Assembly (NCBI GenBank): GCA_030597375.1
Contig: JAUVRX010000001.1
Location: forward strand, 54,818 to 118,817
Length of the DNA stretch: 64,000 bases
From: Acidobacteriota bacterium
GTDB taxonomy: Bacteria > Acidobacteriota > Thermoanaerobaculia > Multivoradales > JAHEKO01
Reading direction: 5' to 3'
Notes under the pieces: generated by a model
The model's database searches: none
Told to the model about the DNA's origin: nothing
Seen by the model: the letters and a program-made list of their open reading frames with translations, nothing else
Made by a program: the position numbers and the translations under genes
Shown: piece by piece, positions 24,692-34,073 of the stretch
Layout of the letters: the number at the start of each line of letters is the position of its first letter
Position numbering within the stretch: the first letter of the stretch is position 1

Positions 24692-24855
24692 GAGTCTGCG
24701 CGGCAGAAAGCTACCCTACTGTGAAAGCGGTGTCGGCGGCCCAGATTCGACCGGGTCCTCGTTACGTAGCACCACTACGCGCCTCGGATCCGGTCGAATC
24801 TGGACTCACCGCTCCACTTTCTCGCGACGGGCGTTTCTACCGCGCAGACTCCTAG
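24688..24855. repeat. 168-bp palindromic MITE/REP-like element (family A full copy): 67-bp arm + 35-bp loop + diverged inverted arm, with terminal IR ctaggagtctgcgcgg
   Basis: Read directly. The outer 15-bp inverted repeat is taggagtctgcgcgg / ccgcgcagactccta. The inner inverted repeat is cccagattcgaccgg / ccggtcgaatctgg. The left arm matches the 48352..48418 copy 67/67 (reverse complement) and the 49882..49948 copy 66/67. Confidence 0.6.
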
Positions 24856-24977
24856 CCCGCATAGCTTGACATCGTCATGTACGAGTCAAGCTCCGTGGGG
24901 CGGTGCCGACACCCCTCGCGACGGTTCCCCAGAGACCTGGCGTCAGCGGACCGGTGGCCGGCTAGAATAGCCGTCCG

Positions 24978-25565
24978 ATGACCAGAGATCCCGATCCCCT
25001 GGCCGAGGTCCGCCGCCTGCTGTCCCGGGCACAGATTGAAGAGAGTCACGACGCGACGGTAGCCACCCTGGCCACTGCAGACGCCGCCGGTCGGCCCTCG
25101 GCTCGAATCGTCCTCGTCAAGAACATCGACGCGGCTGGAATCACGTTCTACACGAATCTGGAGAGCCGCAAGGCACTCGATCTGAAGGTCAACCCCCAGG
25201 CCGCGTTGTGCATCTACTGGCCGACCCTCCACAAACAGGTACGGATCGAGGGGAAGGTTCAGGCGGTCACCGAAACGGAAGCCGAAGCGTACTTCGCTTC
25301 GCGACCCCGCGGCAGTCAGATCGGTGCCTGGGCATCCAAGCAGAGTGAGCCTCTGGCTTCACGCCGGGAACTGGTCGCACGATACCTGAAGATCCAGGCC
25401 CGCTTCGCCGGCCAGCCGGTGCACCGACCGCCCTTCTGGGGTGGTTATCGACTCATCGCCGACCGCATCGAAATCTGGCACAACCAGCTGTACCGACTTC
25501 ACGACCGATTCTTGTACGAGCGTAAGGCAGAGCGCGGCTGGACGGCACAGCGACTGTACCCGTGA
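24978..25565 (+). CDS. pdxH: pyridoxamine 5'-phosphate oxidase
   Basis: 195 aa with the PNPOx fold and the C-terminal signature IEIWHNQLYRLHDRFLY (cf. IEFWQ...RLHDR). Confidence 0.85.
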   Translation: MTRDPDPLAEVRRLLSRAQIEESHDATVATLATADAAGRPSARIVLVKNIDAAGITFYTNLESRKALDLKVNPQAALCIYWPTLHKQVRIEGKVQAVTETEAEAYFASRPRGSQIGAWASKQSEPLASRRELVARYLKIQARFAGQPVHRPPFWGGYRLIADRIEIWHNQLYRLHDRFLYERKAERGWTAQRLYP

Positions 25566-25587
25566 TCACATCCCCGCACGAATACCG

Positions 25588-27822
25588 TCACCTCTCGACT
25601 CGGGAGTGGCTGCAGTAGAGCTCCAGGAGTCGGATCGCCCGATCGGCAGAGCGAAAGACCGGGATCCCTCCTTCCTGGAGCACCCTCGCCATGGTGTCGT
25701 AGGCACAACCAGCATCGACCACCGCCACCCAGGGCTTGCAGGTCTGGCGCCATACCTGCGCCAACCTGGACGCGATGGAGCTCGGGCTCTCCACATTCTC
25801 ATCATGTTCACTCGACGCAGGAAGGGTGTTCAGGGCGCCGGTAAACGGAACACAACCAACCACCCCGACATCGACCCCCGGATCCTGAAGTACGAGTCGA
25901 ACCGCTGCCTCATACTGGGCATCCTGGACAATTGGAGTCAGATCCAGGGGGTTTCGGACGTCCACGACCTGGTGAATCCGGCTCGCCTGGAAGATCTCCG
26001 AAAGCGCCTTACGGGTCTCAGGCGAGAACGCAGCCGGTTGCAGGCCTCTCAGGCCGTCCCAGATGGCAACACACTCGTAGCCGGCGTTGGAGACCGCCCC
26101 GACCCGATTACCCTTTGCAGATCTGCCCTCGAATCTCGAGAACAGCAGGAGCAGGTCCTCGAAGTCCTCCAGAGTCTCCGCCACCAGGATTCCCGCTCCA
26201 CGGGCGAGAGCCCGGGTAATTCGATAACTGCCGGCCATGGCCGCGGTGTGACTCGCCGCAGCGTCGACGCCTGATCGGCTGCGACCGGCACGGTAGAGGA
26301 TTACCGTTCGTCCGCTGGCCGTGATTCGACGAGCTGCCTCGAGAAATCTCCAACCATCGAGATCCCTGAACCCTTCAACGTACACCGCGAACAGAGAGAC
26401 CCCCTCGTCCGCCTGCAGATAGGTCAGATAATCGCCCAGGGTCAGGTCGATCTGGTTGCCGATGGAGATCGCGTACCGAATGGGAAGCTTTGGGAGCTTG
26501 CTCGTCTTGGAGGCGAGGAAGGCTCCGCTCTGGGCCAGAAGCGCCACGTTGCCCTCGTCGCACCCGACCGGCGGCATCTTGTACTGCCGCAGAAAGAAGG
26601 TGTCGTATCGCCCCGGCTGGGAGCGAATTCCGAGGCAATTCCCTCCGTTCACAAGGGGTCCTCCCCATTCAGACGACCGCGTTTCAGAAAGAGACCGGCG
26701 AATCTCGTCGCTGATGTGCGCGGAGCCTGGTTTTTCATCGAGTCCGCCTGGGATCAGGATGATCGTCTCCGCCTTGCGATGATCGATCGTCGCTTGAATG
26801 ACCTCGGGAACCCGATCGGCGGCGACGCTGACAATCAGGAGATCCACCGACCCCGGCAGCGAGGCAATGTCCGCGTAGCAGCGACACCCTTCGATGGACT
26901 CGAGCCTCGGCTTGACCACCGACACGTTCTCAGGGTCGAAGCCTCCTCTCAGCAGGTTCTTGAGAATGAGCCGGCCCGGATTCAGCCGCTCCGCCACCCC
27001 AATGAGGGCCACGGACCTGGGTCGCAAGAGTCGATCGAGTTTCTCGATAGGCCGGACTGGTGACAGCCGCGGCCGGGAAGCCGCGCGCCTGGCCAAGACA
27101 TCCAGCGCAACTAATGAGCCACTGTGGACGACGAGAGGATTGATCTCGACTTCATCCAGGAGCTCCGGCAAGAGCAGGGGGGCGGCCGCAACGAATCGGC
27201 GAAGCACTTCCACGATCTGCTGTATGGCAAGACGGGCAGGCTTCCCCCGCTGAGTCTGCGCCATGAGATCGGTCACCAGGAGACCCGAGATCTCCTGTTC
27301 GATCGAATCGCGCCCTTCCCGCTCGGGTACCAAGATGGCCAGGGCCGCCTCTTCGTGCAAGGCCGCTGTCACTTTCTCAGCCTGGACTCCGCCGATGCCA
27401 AAGGTAATGACGGCACCAAACTCCCTGTCCCAGCGCATGCTCAGCAGCGCCTCGCTACCTGGAGAAGGGTCGTATTCGACGAACTCCTGAACCATCAGGC
27501 CACGGAGATCGAGATCGCTCATGGACCGTGCCATTTCCTGCGCAGCGATCCTTGCCTGCTGTCGGGTCTTCGGGACGATGCGCACCCCCCCGACCTCGCT
27601 CTTGTGCAGCAGATCGCTGGCGATGGCCTTCAGCACCACCCTTTCTCCTGGCAGGCTGGCCAGAAACTCCTCGCTGATCTCGTCTGGGCTGGCGATCACC
27701 TCGAAGCGAGGAACCGAAATCCCCATGGCCCGCAGGAGCTCGAAGCCCTCCGGCTCGAGCAGCTGATGCCGCCCCTCCTCGATGGCGTGTTTCAGATGCG
27801 ACTCGAAATCGTCGATTCTCAT
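25588..27822 (-). CDS. ADP-forming acyl-CoA synthetase (NDP-forming acetate--CoA ligase family), fused beta-alpha arrangement
   Basis: 744 aa. An N-terminal ATP-grasp domain (RVVLKAIASDLLHKSEVGGVRIV) is followed by a CoA-binding Rossmann (SVALIGVAERLNPGRLILKNL) and a ligase-CoA/flavodoxin-like domain. There is no GNAT domain, so it is not Pat. Confidence 0.8.
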   Translation of the reverse strand: MRIDDFESHLKHAIEEGRHQLLEPEGFELLRAMGISVPRFEVIASPDEISEEFLASLPGERVVLKAIASDLLHKSEVGGVRIVPKTRQQARIAAQEMARSMSDLDLRGLMVQEFVEYDPSPGSEALLSMRWDREFGAVITFGIGGVQAEKVTAALHEEAALAILVPEREGRDSIEQEISGLLVTDLMAQTQRGKPARLAIQQIVEVLRRFVAAAPLLLPELLDEVEINPLVVHSGSLVALDVLARRAASRPRLSPVRPIEKLDRLLRPRSVALIGVAERLNPGRLILKNLLRGGFDPENVSVVKPRLESIEGCRCYADIASLPGSVDLLIVSVAADRVPEVIQATIDHRKAETIILIPGGLDEKPGSAHISDEIRRSLSETRSSEWGGPLVNGGNCLGIRSQPGRYDTFFLRQYKMPPVGCDEGNVALLAQSGAFLASKTSKLPKLPIRYAISIGNQIDLTLGDYLTYLQADEGVSLFAVYVEGFRDLDGWRFLEAARRITASGRTVILYRAGRSRSGVDAAASHTAAMAGSYRITRALARGAGILVAETLEDFEDLLLLFSRFEGRSAKGNRVGAVSNAGYECVAIWDGLRGLQPAAFSPETRKALSEIFQASRIHQVVDVRNPLDLTPIVQDAQYEAAVRLVLQDPGVDVGVVGCVPFTGALNTLPASSEHDENVESPSSIASRLAQVWRQTCKPWVAVVDAGCAYDTMARVLQEGGIPVFRSADRAIRLLELYCSHSRVER

Positions 27823-28154
27823 CGGCTGTCCCTGAATGTCTACTTATCGACTGCGGCAGGTCGCCCCGGCAATCCGCGGACAAGGACCCCGAGAGCCGTT
27901 CCAGAACAGACTACCAGAGCAACGCCGGCCCTCTTCAGATCGCTCCCCATCACACCTGGAGAGAAGTTCGACTGGGAGCTCCCGGCTGCTATCCTCCGCC
28001 AGCGGCATCGTGCCACTCTGGCCGGCGTACAGTCCTGGCACCCACCACCGAGGCCCACACCCAACCCCATGCAGTCTTCGTTTTCCAGAAGGCTCAGGCC
28101 GACATCGGACCGAGCGTAGTTTGTCGCCTCGGTGGAAGGGATCTCGAGGCCGAC

Positions 28155-29261
28155 ATGACACCGATTCCGATCGCCTTCTTCGTCTCCTCACACGGATTCG
28201 GACATGCCGCACGCAGCGCCGCCGTCATGGAAGCGCTCCACGATCAGAGCCCGGAGGTCAGCTTCTCGATCTTCACTGGCGTCCCCAGGTGGTTCTTCGA
28301 GGATTCGATGAACGCACCCTTCGAGTACCTGAGATGCCGCACCGATGTCGGGCTCGTCCAGACGACCCCCATGGAGGAAGACCTCGCAGCGACGATCGAT
28401 GAGCTCTCGAGCTTTCTTCCCCTTTGTCGTCAGCTGATCACGGGTGCGGCAGACGAGGTTCGAAGCAGAAAATGCCGCCTCATCGTCAGCGATATCTCTC
28501 CCCTCGGCATTGCCGTGGCGGCCGAGCTCGGTCTGCCATGCGCCCTGGTCGAGAACTTCACCTGGGACTGGATCTATCGTGCCTATCTCGAAGTCGAACC
28601 GCGGTTCGATTCCTTCATCGCCGAGATGCGTCGCCTCTACTCGGCGGTACACCTGAGAATTCAGGCCGAGCCCTTCTGCGCAGCGGTGCCGGGTTCGGCC
28701 CAGGTTGCACCGATCAGTCGATCGGTTCGGGAGCCGCCAACCGTGATTCGTCAGCGCTTGCAGCTGGCTGGCGACTCACCGTTCGTGCTGGTAACCATGG
28801 GAGGTTTCCCGGCCACCTACCGTTTCCTCGAGCGCCTTCATCGGTATCCCGAGATCACCTTCGTGATCCCGGGCGCCAGTGACGCCATGCACCGGGATCA
28901 GAATCTGATCCTGTTACCCCATCGCACGACGTTTCAGCACGCCGACCTGGTGGCCGCTGCCGACATGGTGGTTGGCAAGCTCGGCTACAGCACCCTGGCG
29001 GAAGTTTTCCAGGCCGCGACACCCTACCTGTTTTTGCAGCGGCGCCGTTTCCCCGAATCGCCGGCCCTCGCCCGATTCGCCGAGCAGCGCCTGGTGAGTG
29101 GAGAGATCACCGAGACCGAGCTCGAAGCGGCCGACTGGCCGAGCCGACTCCCAGCCATGGAGACCGATCGCCGATCGCCCGCCACAGAGCCGTCCGGCTC
29201 GCTTCAAACGGCCGATCTTCTGCTGGATCTGCTTCAGGGTCGCTGCCCGCATTATTCATGA
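28155..29261 (+). CDS. glycosyltransferase (GT1/GT28-like UDP-glycosyltransferase fold)
   Basis: 368 aa. The N-terminal SSHGFGHAAR motif is typical of MGT/GtfA-like glycosyltransferases. The C-terminal half is a nucleotide-sugar binding Rossmann domain. Confidence 0.65.
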   Translation: MTPIPIAFFVSSHGFGHAARSAAVMEALHDQSPEVSFSIFTGVPRWFFEDSMNAPFEYLRCRTDVGLVQTTPMEEDLAATIDELSSFLPLCRQLITGAADEVRSRKCRLIVSDISPLGIAVAAELGLPCALVENFTWDWIYRAYLEVEPRFDSFIAEMRRLYSAVHLRIQAEPFCAAVPGSAQVAPISRSVREPPTVIRQRLQLAGDSPFVLVTMGGFPATYRFLERLHRYPEITFVIPGASDAMHRDQNLILLPHRTTFQHADLVAAADMVVGKLGYSTLAEVFQAATPYLFLQRRRFPESPALARFAEQRLVSGEITETELEAADWPSRLPAMETDRRSPATEPSGSLQTADLLLDLLQGRCPHYS

Positions 29262-29428
29262 CCCCGCGTGCAAATTGTGGAAAGCGTCCGTCAGATCTGG
29301 TCACCCGCAGGAAGGAGCACTGGAGGCAACCTTGCGGGTTGTTGAGGAGCGACGAGCGAGGTCGGCCTGAGGTGGCGGGCGATCTCGACCAGATGCCGTG
29401 GGGCTCATGAATAATGGGGGCTAGGAGG
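29244..29428. repeat. inverted pair of family B core motifs flanking the GT / repeat-protein convergent intergenic region
   Basis: gcccgcattattcatga at 29244..29262 supplies the GT stop codon. tcatgaataatgggggctagg at 29404..29424 is its near reverse complement about 140 bp away, and is preceded by ggcgggcgatctcgaccagatgccgtgggg. Confidence 0.4.
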
Positions 29429-29432
29429 CCTG

Positions 29433-31664
29433 CTATCCCCCGCCACGCAGGCCGCTGCCGACGAGCTCCACGGTGCTTTCGCCGGCAAAGGCATTGCTCC
29501 TCACCTCCAAGGTTGCCCGTCTCTGACCTGCCGCCGAGGGCACGAAGCGAACACCGATGGTGCAGTCGCTGCCAGCCAGGATCTTCGGAACAGCCTGGCA
29601 GGTGGCGGGCACGATACGGAAGTCGTCCCGCGCCGGTCCTGTGAGATCGAAACTACCGAACTCCAGCCCTCCGGTTCCTACGTTTCTGATGGTCACCGTC
29701 AAGATCGCCGTTCGCCGGCCCACCGGCTGGGGACCGAATTCCAGGAGCCGGGGGCTGACTCTTATCTGCGGCGTCGGTGGAGGCAGCCCGGTTCCCCCCA
29801 GAGGTACGCGCCGTGGTCCCGTCAGGCCGTCATGCTCGAGCTCGAGAGTGCCGGTCAAGCGACCCTCGGTACCGGGCGAAAAGCGTAGACTCAGAGTGCA
29901 AGTCTCCCCCGGCGCAACGACCGATTCCGGCAGGCAGGATCCTCCCAGGAGCCGGAAATCGCTCGCCACCTCGGTCACCACCCTGGCACCGCGGATCTCG
30001 AGGTCGGCATTGCCCCGATTCGAGGCCGTCAGGTGAATGTCCTGAGAGGTGTTTCGGCGGACGTTGCCGAACTCCACCATCTCGAGATTCAGCGTCAGGC
30101 GCGGAGCTGCGCCCGACCCCAGGAGCCCCACCCGGGCAGCGTCGCGCAACTCCGAGGCGCCGAACACCACCTCCGCCTGGTGCCCTCCCACCCGCTGGGG
30201 CCGGAATTCGATCTCCACCGCGCATCGATCTCCAGGCCGCAGGGCCTTCTTCGAACAGCCGTCACCCCGTTTGCTGAAGGCTGCAGCGTCCTGCCCCTCG
30301 ATGACGACCCCGCGGAGATTGGCCACAGCGGTTCCCTCGTTGGAGACAACGATCCTCTGACGGCTGACCTCCGCACCGACGAGTGCGGAGCCGAACTCCA
30401 ACCTCTCTTTGTCCAGGAACAGTCGGGGGGCCACTCCCCGGCCCGTGAGCTCCACCTGCAGAGTCCCCGCCTCGTGCCCGATAGCCAGGATCGAGGCGGA
30501 AGGACCCTCTCGGGTAACCTCGAACTTCACCTCGATCCTGCAGGCCTCACCAGGCGCGATCGATCGACCGCTGCAGGTCTGCCTGATGATGGCGAACGGT
30601 CCCGCGCCCTCGAGCAACCTGACCGACAACCCGGAGACCGCGGCAGCGTGACGATTCGTCACCTCGACCGAGAGACTCGTGGCCTCGCTCCCCACCAGTT
30701 GATTGCCGAAATCCAGGGAGTCGCGGCTCAAAGCCAGGGTCGGTCCGCTCCATTTCCCCTTGCCCTCCAGACGAACGGCTGGTGCGGCTGCGAGAGAATC
30801 GCTCGTGAACGACACCTCCGCCGAGCGCCGTCCAGCCGCTCGCGGTGAGAACACCATTTGAAAGCTGCACTCCTCACCAGCCTGGAGCGAAACCGACGTG
30901 CACCGATCCCGTTGACGGCGAAAATCGCCTCTCGAGGCGCCCCTCAGCTCGACAGCCTCGATCGCCAGAGGTGCTGTGCCTCCGTTGGTCACCGTGATGG
31001 TGGAAGCGCGACTCGCCGAACCGACATCTCGGCTGCCGAAATCAATCTCTTCCGGGCTCACCTGCAACATCGGAGCGATGCCAGTGCCGTCCAGCTCCAC
31101 ACGGACGGGCGCCTGGCGAAAGTCCCCGTTCAGCTCGACCACCGCCTCCCTCGAACCGACGGCAGCCGGAGTCAGCCTGAGCTCGATCTTGCAGCTCTCG
31201 AGCGAGGCCAGTTGACGCGCACTGCAGTTCTCCGAGACCAACTCGAACTCCCCAGCTGCCGGCCCCCTGAGGATCAAACCCGACACCGGCATGGGGCGCT
31301 CACCTTCGTTGGTGACCGAGAGAATCTGGATTTCGCCAGGGGATCCGACCCTCTGCTGCCCCATGCTCATGGGGGCGGGATGGTAGACCGCCTTCGGTGG
31401 CGAGGGCCAGAAAAGAAGATAGGCGAGCGCCGCGAGCAGAAGCACGACAGCCAGAGCCGCACCGGCCCTGCGTCGGAGCACTTCGCGATCTCGCGCGGAC
31501 CTGCGGCGACGAGGCGGCGGCTGAGCGGTCGGTGGCGCCACGCGATCCACATCATCCAGCCTCAGCCCAGGGGTCGGGCGCCCTTCGCCCCGAAGGGGAA
31601 GATCCCACATCTCCCGGGGTTCGCGGCGGCCGGAGCCCTTGCCAGGTGGATCTCTGTCGGTCAT
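29433..31664 (-). CDS. membrane-anchored repeat protein: 7 tandem ~95-aa beta-sandwich repeats (choice-of-anchor D / ASH-like)
   Basis: 743 aa. An N-terminal Arg/Pro-rich cytoplasmic segment precedes a TM helix (ALAVVLLLAALAYLLFW) and seven repeats of the pattern L.FG...VG......V.N.G.A.L.I........F......C....L.PG..C...V.F.P...G....... Confidence 0.7.
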   Translation of the reverse strand: MTDRDPPGKGSGRREPREMWDLPLRGEGRPTPGLRLDDVDRVAPPTAQPPPRRRRSARDREVLRRRAGAALAVVLLLAALAYLLFWPSPPKAVYHPAPMSMGQQRVGSPGEIQILSVTNEGERPMPVSGLILRGPAAGEFELVSENCSARQLASLESCKIELRLTPAAVGSREAVVELNGDFRQAPVRVELDGTGIAPMLQVSPEEIDFGSRDVGSASRASTITVTNGGTAPLAIEAVELRGASRGDFRRQRDRCTSVSLQAGEECSFQMVFSPRAAGRRSAEVSFTSDSLAAAPAVRLEGKGKWSGPTLALSRDSLDFGNQLVGSEATSLSVEVTNRHAAAVSGLSVRLLEGAGPFAIIRQTCSGRSIAPGEACRIEVKFEVTREGPSASILAIGHEAGTLQVELTGRGVAPRLFLDKERLEFGSALVGAEVSRQRIVVSNEGTAVANLRGVVIEGQDAAAFSKRGDGCSKKALRPGDRCAVEIEFRPQRVGGHQAEVVFGASELRDAARVGLLGSGAAPRLTLNLEMVEFGNVRRNTSQDIHLTASNRGNADLEIRGARVVTEVASDFRLLGGSCLPESVVAPGETCTLSLRFSPGTEGRLTGTLELEHDGLTGPRRVPLGGTGLPPPTPQIRVSPRLLEFGPQPVGRRTAILTVTIRNVGTGGLEFGSFDLTGPARDDFRIVPATCQAVPKILAGSDCTIGVRFVPSAAGQRRATLEVRSNAFAGESTVELVGSGLRGGG

Positions 31665-31710
31665 GAAAATGCGTGCCCTATCCTGCTCAGGATTCTACCG
31701 ACTTTGGTGA

Positions 31711-33150
31711 CTAGCGAATCAGGTGCCACCGGGTCTGACGACCAGCCAGATAGTAAACCTTGTGACCGTCGAACAACGCACTCTGCTCTAGCTTGATCTG
31801 CACCCACTGATCGTCCCACTCGGAGAGTCGAACTTTGTTGTTGCCCTCGATCGCATAGGCCGTATCAGCATACAGCTTCCAGTCACCTCTAACGGGGGTC
31901 GGGCCCTGGTTGTCCCACATGCCGATAGTGGGACCCGGCGCGTGGCCAAAGAAACCGATCGGGTGACTGTAGATACTGACCACGATACCGGCATGGTCGG
32001 CCTCGGCCAGGGCGGCAGCTACGATCTCGTTCCCCGTCCTACCTTCCTGAAACTGCCCGGTCAACAGATCCTGCCAGCGGTTGCCCTCCTGCATCGCTCG
32101 CTGGAGCTCGGCGGGCACCTTCTCCTCGCCATGGCGCAGTACGTACCCCATCTCCTGCGTGTCGGTGCAGAGCCGGAGATAGCAGACGCCTACATCTGTG
32201 TGCAGGAGGTCACCCGGCTGGATGACCACTTCGGTCTCACCGCAGAATGGCGAGTCCTTCTCGCAGTCGGTCCCCCGACGCTGGATGTCGACGTCGGGCA
32301 TGAACCAGGCCTCGAGGTTCAGGTCGGCGAAGCGTTGTCGGATGAACCAGGCGACGTCGTCCGCCGTTGTCGCCCCTGGTGTGATGACGCGGTTCGAGAA
32401 GGCCTCCGCGATCACACCCCGCGCCAGGGCCACGATGTGGGGATAGCTTTCCTGTTCGAGAGGGGAACGGGTCTCGAGCCAGCGAACCGCCAACTCCTCA
32501 GCGCTCACCAGTCTCTTCGAGAGCTCAGGTCCCAAAGACTCTTCGAGTCGGTCCTGAAGAGAGGCTGTCAAACCGTCGGCCACCGGCCAGTGACGGCTGA
32601 CGTTGATACCGATCCGCTGCGGATCCCGCTCTTCGATGACCTCGGCCAGGCGCTCCCACTGCTCGTCGAGATCGCCGCCTTGCCAGACCGCCTCATAAAG
32701 CCCCCCAAGCGGGTAGCGACTGACCGTCAGGCGCTCGACCTCCTCATCGTCACCGGGGTCGTGAAACACCAGCATGGTCGTGCGACGCGCCGCAAATACC
32801 GGCTCTGGTACGAGAGTGAGGTAGACGGGATCTTCAGCGTACTCCCGATTGATCACCAGCCACATATCCAGCCCGACCTCTCCCATGAGACGAGGCAAGA
32901 GCTCTGTCAGGCGCTCCTCGAGAGCCCGGTTGACGGGTTCGATCCGCTGTCGCTCGCTCAGTACCGCACCGGGCGCATCGATCCACCTGCCCTGTTGTAC
33001 CTCCTCGGCCGCTTCCGAATCCGGCTTCGGCGAGGCGTACAGCCCCCCGCCCATCCACACCGGACCGATCAGGGGCACCGCCATCAGGAAGAAGGCCAGC
33101 TTCGAGAATCGGGCTCCTTCACGGCTCTCCGACGCGTTCCATGACGACAC
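31711..33150 (-). CDS. M24-family metallopeptidase (Xaa-Pro aminopeptidase/creatinase-like), secreted
   Basis: 479 aa with an N-terminal signal/TM segment. Pita-bread fold motifs with metal ligands are present (HTDVGVCY...D.; HPIGFFGHAPGP). Confidence 0.7.
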   Translation of the reverse strand: MSSWNASESREGARFSKLAFFLMAVPLIGPVWMGGGLYASPKPDSEAAEEVQQGRWIDAPGAVLSERQRIEPVNRALEERLTELLPRLMGEVGLDMWLVINREYAEDPVYLTLVPEPVFAARRTTMLVFHDPGDDEEVERLTVSRYPLGGLYEAVWQGGDLDEQWERLAEVIEERDPQRIGINVSRHWPVADGLTASLQDRLEESLGPELSKRLVSAEELAVRWLETRSPLEQESYPHIVALARGVIAEAFSNRVITPGATTADDVAWFIRQRFADLNLEAWFMPDVDIQRRGTDCEKDSPFCGETEVVIQPGDLLHTDVGVCYLRLCTDTQEMGYVLRHGEEKVPAELQRAMQEGNRWQDLLTGQFQEGRTGNEIVAAALAEADHAGIVVSIYSHPIGFFGHAPGPTIGMWDNQGPTPVRGDWKLYADTAYAIEGNNKVRLSEWDDQWVQIKLEQSALFDGHKVYYLAGRQTRWHLIR

Positions 33151-33251
33151 GATTGATCCTCTCCTTCCTGGGACACCTGGCCCCGAGATCGGCAGCGTAG
33201 CACGCCATCGGCGAGTGCTAGACTACTTGGACGCACTGAGGATCTCCTCCT

Positions 33252-34073
33252 TTGGGATACGGTATGTACGAGCAGTTCTACGGGTTCTACGAGTCGCCGT
33301 TCAACATCACTCCCGATCCACGCTTCCTCTTCTTGAGCTCGAAGCATCGTGAGGCTCTGGACCATCTACTGTTCGGCATTCAGCAACGCAAGGGCTTCAT
33401 CCAGCTCACCGGCGAGGTGGGCACCGGCAAGACGACCCTCTGTAGGGCACTGCTGGAGGAGCTGGGGCCGACGTATAAGACGGCTCTCATCCTGAATCCG
33501 TGCATGACCGCTCCCCAGATGCTGCGCACGATTCTCACCGAGCTGCATCAGAAGCTACCCCGCAACGACCGCGTCGCCTGGCTCGAGGCCCTCAATCGGT
33601 ATCTTCTGGACCAGGTTCACGAGGGCAATGATGTCGTTCTGGTGATCGATGAGGCCCAGGACCTCGATCCGAAACTCATGGAGCAGGTGCGGCTTCTCTC
33701 GAATCTCGAGACCGATCAACAGAAGCTCCTGCAGATCGTCTTGATCGGCCAGCCGGAGCTGCGTGAAATGTTGGACGCCCGCGCTTTGCGTCAGCTGCGC
33801 CAACGCATCACGGTTCGCTACCACCTCAAACCACTCTCCCTCGACGAGACCAACGAGTACATTCAGCATCGGCTCAACGTAGTGGGCAGCAACGGCAAGC
33901 CGACCTTCACGACGTGGGCCCTGCGCAGAATCTACGGTTACTCCAAGGGCGTGCCGCGCCTGATCAACGCCATCTGCGACAAGACCCTGCTTTGCGGTTA
34001 TGTCCTGGGAGTGGACCACTTGACAGGCAGACACGTGGGTCGTGCCATCCGGGAGCTGGAGGGGCGTACCTGA
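33252..34073 (+). CDS. ExeA/GspA-like AAA+ ATPase (type II secretion / secretin-assembly associated)
   Basis: 273 aa. Walker A is GEVGTGKTT and Walker B is VVLVIDEAQDL. It shows the ExeA-family N-terminal region FYGFYESPFNITPDPRFLF. A start at Met5 (33264) is possible. Confidence 0.8.
   Translation: MGYGMYEQFYGFYESPFNITPDPRFLFLSSKHREALDHLLFGIQQRKGFIQLTGEVGTGKTTLCRALLEELGPTYKTALILNPCMTAPQMLRTILTELHQKLPRNDRVAWLEALNRYLLDQVHEGNDVVLVIDEAQDLDPKLMEQVRLLSNLETDQQKLLQIVLIGQPELREMLDARALRQLRQRITVRYHLKPLSLDETNEYIQHRLNVVGSNGKPTFTTWALRRIYGYSKGVPRLINAICDKTLLCGYVLGVDHLTGRHVGRAIRELEGRT

Noticed and set aside
24556-24855. 99-aa ORF and its relatives (48155..48457 minus; first 28 codons of 49915..51081) containing ...KAVSAAQIRP...
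   Set aside because: These are translations of the family A repeat element in different loci. The shared peptide arises from repeat DNA, not from a protein family.
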